From Azolla caroliniana (taxonomy: Eukaryota > Plantae > Polypodiophyta): a stretch of 64,000 nucleotides of DNA. The notes below the pieces were generated by a model. That model saw only the letters and a program-made list of their open reading frames with translations. It was not told where the DNA came from and ran no database searches. Location of the stretch: assembly GCA_043228905.1 (NCBI GenBank), contig JBHGNT010000007.1, positions 22,258,001-22,322,000 of the forward strand. Direction: 5' to 3'. The translations under genes were made by a program, and so were the position numbers. Shown piece by piece: positions 62,747 to 64,000 of the stretch (positions within the stretch are counted from its first letter, which is position 1; every line of letters starts with the position of its first letter).

Positions 62747-64000
62747 TCACGCCCGCCTTTTCGGAAGCGTGGTAGTCATGTCTGTGATAGCAGCCCGAAG
62801 AGTAAGCGCACCATGTGCTTCCATATCATGGAACTTGGTGGCTGATTCCGCGTTAGCGGCCTGAAGAGTTGTTGTTACTTTTTCTTCCAGGTCTTGGAGA
62901 GCTTCCCTGTGCTCGGTCGTCCGTGTATCGAGTAGTTGCTGGAGTTTGACCTCTCGGTTTTTCACCTACTCACGGAGGCGGTGAGCTTCTCCTTGGCCTC
63001 CTGATATCTCTCTTTGGCCTTCTCGGTGATCGCCTTTTGAGTTGCTAGCTCTTCTTCATAGTTCGGCGGTTGGGCCGTTGTCGTGTCGGGAGGGGGTGTG
63101 TGGTGTTTAGTGGCAGGGACCTGCCTGGGAATTTCTTCGGTTTGTGTGGATGCATCTGCTTGGTTAGGAGTGGGAGGTGGGAAAGTGGGAGGGTTGTTTT
63201 GCCTGATTTCGTGGAGCTGTTGTTCAAGCTCGGCTATTCCGCTTTTTGAAGTCTGCCATAGCTTTGTGGCCGTTTTTGCCTGACAGTGTTTATGTGCATG
63301 CTTGCTACAAAGAGCCATGTCCTTGGCTGCATGGGTCGTCTTGTCCAATTCTCGGAAGGTTTCGACCAGGGCGTGTTGAGCTCAGGTAGTTTGATCCCCT
63401 TGCGACAGGTCTTACTTTGTTGTTTCCGACCGATTTTCTGCAATTGCAACTCTTCATCCAACTCGACCTCATTTGGGAGCACTTGCTGGATCATCTGGTC
63501 CTTAGCATGTTCTTGGGCCATGTGTGCCGCAACAACTTGGAGGCGAGCGAGAAAGTCTATTAGCTTGTATGCCGTGCCGTGCCGTAATATCGTGCCGAGC
63601 TCATAAGCTTTGGCGGGCAAGTTTATGAAGGTCACCACTTCGTCTTCCGAAATGTGGGAAGCTTGACCCTTTTCTGTATGAATGACTAATTGAAGGTTCT
63701 CAGCGGAGGAGTTCCCTTGGTTTTGCTCTTCGCTACGTTGTTGCGACTGTCAACATTGCTTTGCAAGGCTTGGTTGTGAGGACATCGTCTTTGCGTCTGT
63801 TGAATCCTCTCGGAGCCTTTTAGGAAGCTCCATGGATGCTTGCCTATTGTCGATTGAGGTTTTCCGGGTCTCCTCCTGGAGGTCTTGTCGCGGGTTGACC
63901 GATTTAAGCTTAGGCTTCTCCACCTGGGCAGATGTCTTTGGCTTTTCACGCCCCTGGATGGTGATATCGACCGCTAGCTCCTAGGCTTTGGTGGCTTTGG
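62747..64000 (-). pseudogene. Degenerate homolog of the extra ORF of the 51292 element (runs off the window)
   Basis: LPAKAYELGTILRHGTAYKLIDFLARLQV..LQKIGRKQQSK aligns with LPAEAYEFSALLRLGTTFELVDFLARAQV..LQKIGRKKQAK. Confidence 0.8.

Overview
This is plant nuclear DNA, most plausibly from a fern or other seed-free vascular plant; that is an inference from gene structures and transposon lineages. It contains four host genes, all reconstructed by eye from splice sites: (1) a short minus-strand gene encoding only the C-terminal coiled coil of a trihelix ASR3-like factor (348-1136); (2) a multi-exon ARV1-like gene (4095-14345, minus) with a probable U12 intron; (3) a 12-exon FOUR LIPS/MYB88-like R2R3-MYB gene (23334-28623, plus); (4) an intronless WNK kinase (36969-39233, minus). 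Transposons include a young Ty3/gypsy element in an ARV1 intron that looks like arthropod Gypsy elements (8424-13263), RTE-X-like LINE copies sitting in (CT)n microsatellites, hAT MITEs, tRNA-derived repeats and a nested LTR cluster at 50-64 kb. The most unusual signal is in the full-length non-chromovirus Ty3/gypsy element at 51292-61039. Where a polypurine tract is expected, it carries an 87-nt tRNA-like cloverleaf ending in CCA, and the 3' end of that structure is complementary to the element's own primer-binding site. All folding, alignments and family assignments were done by eye or from memory and need computational confirmation.
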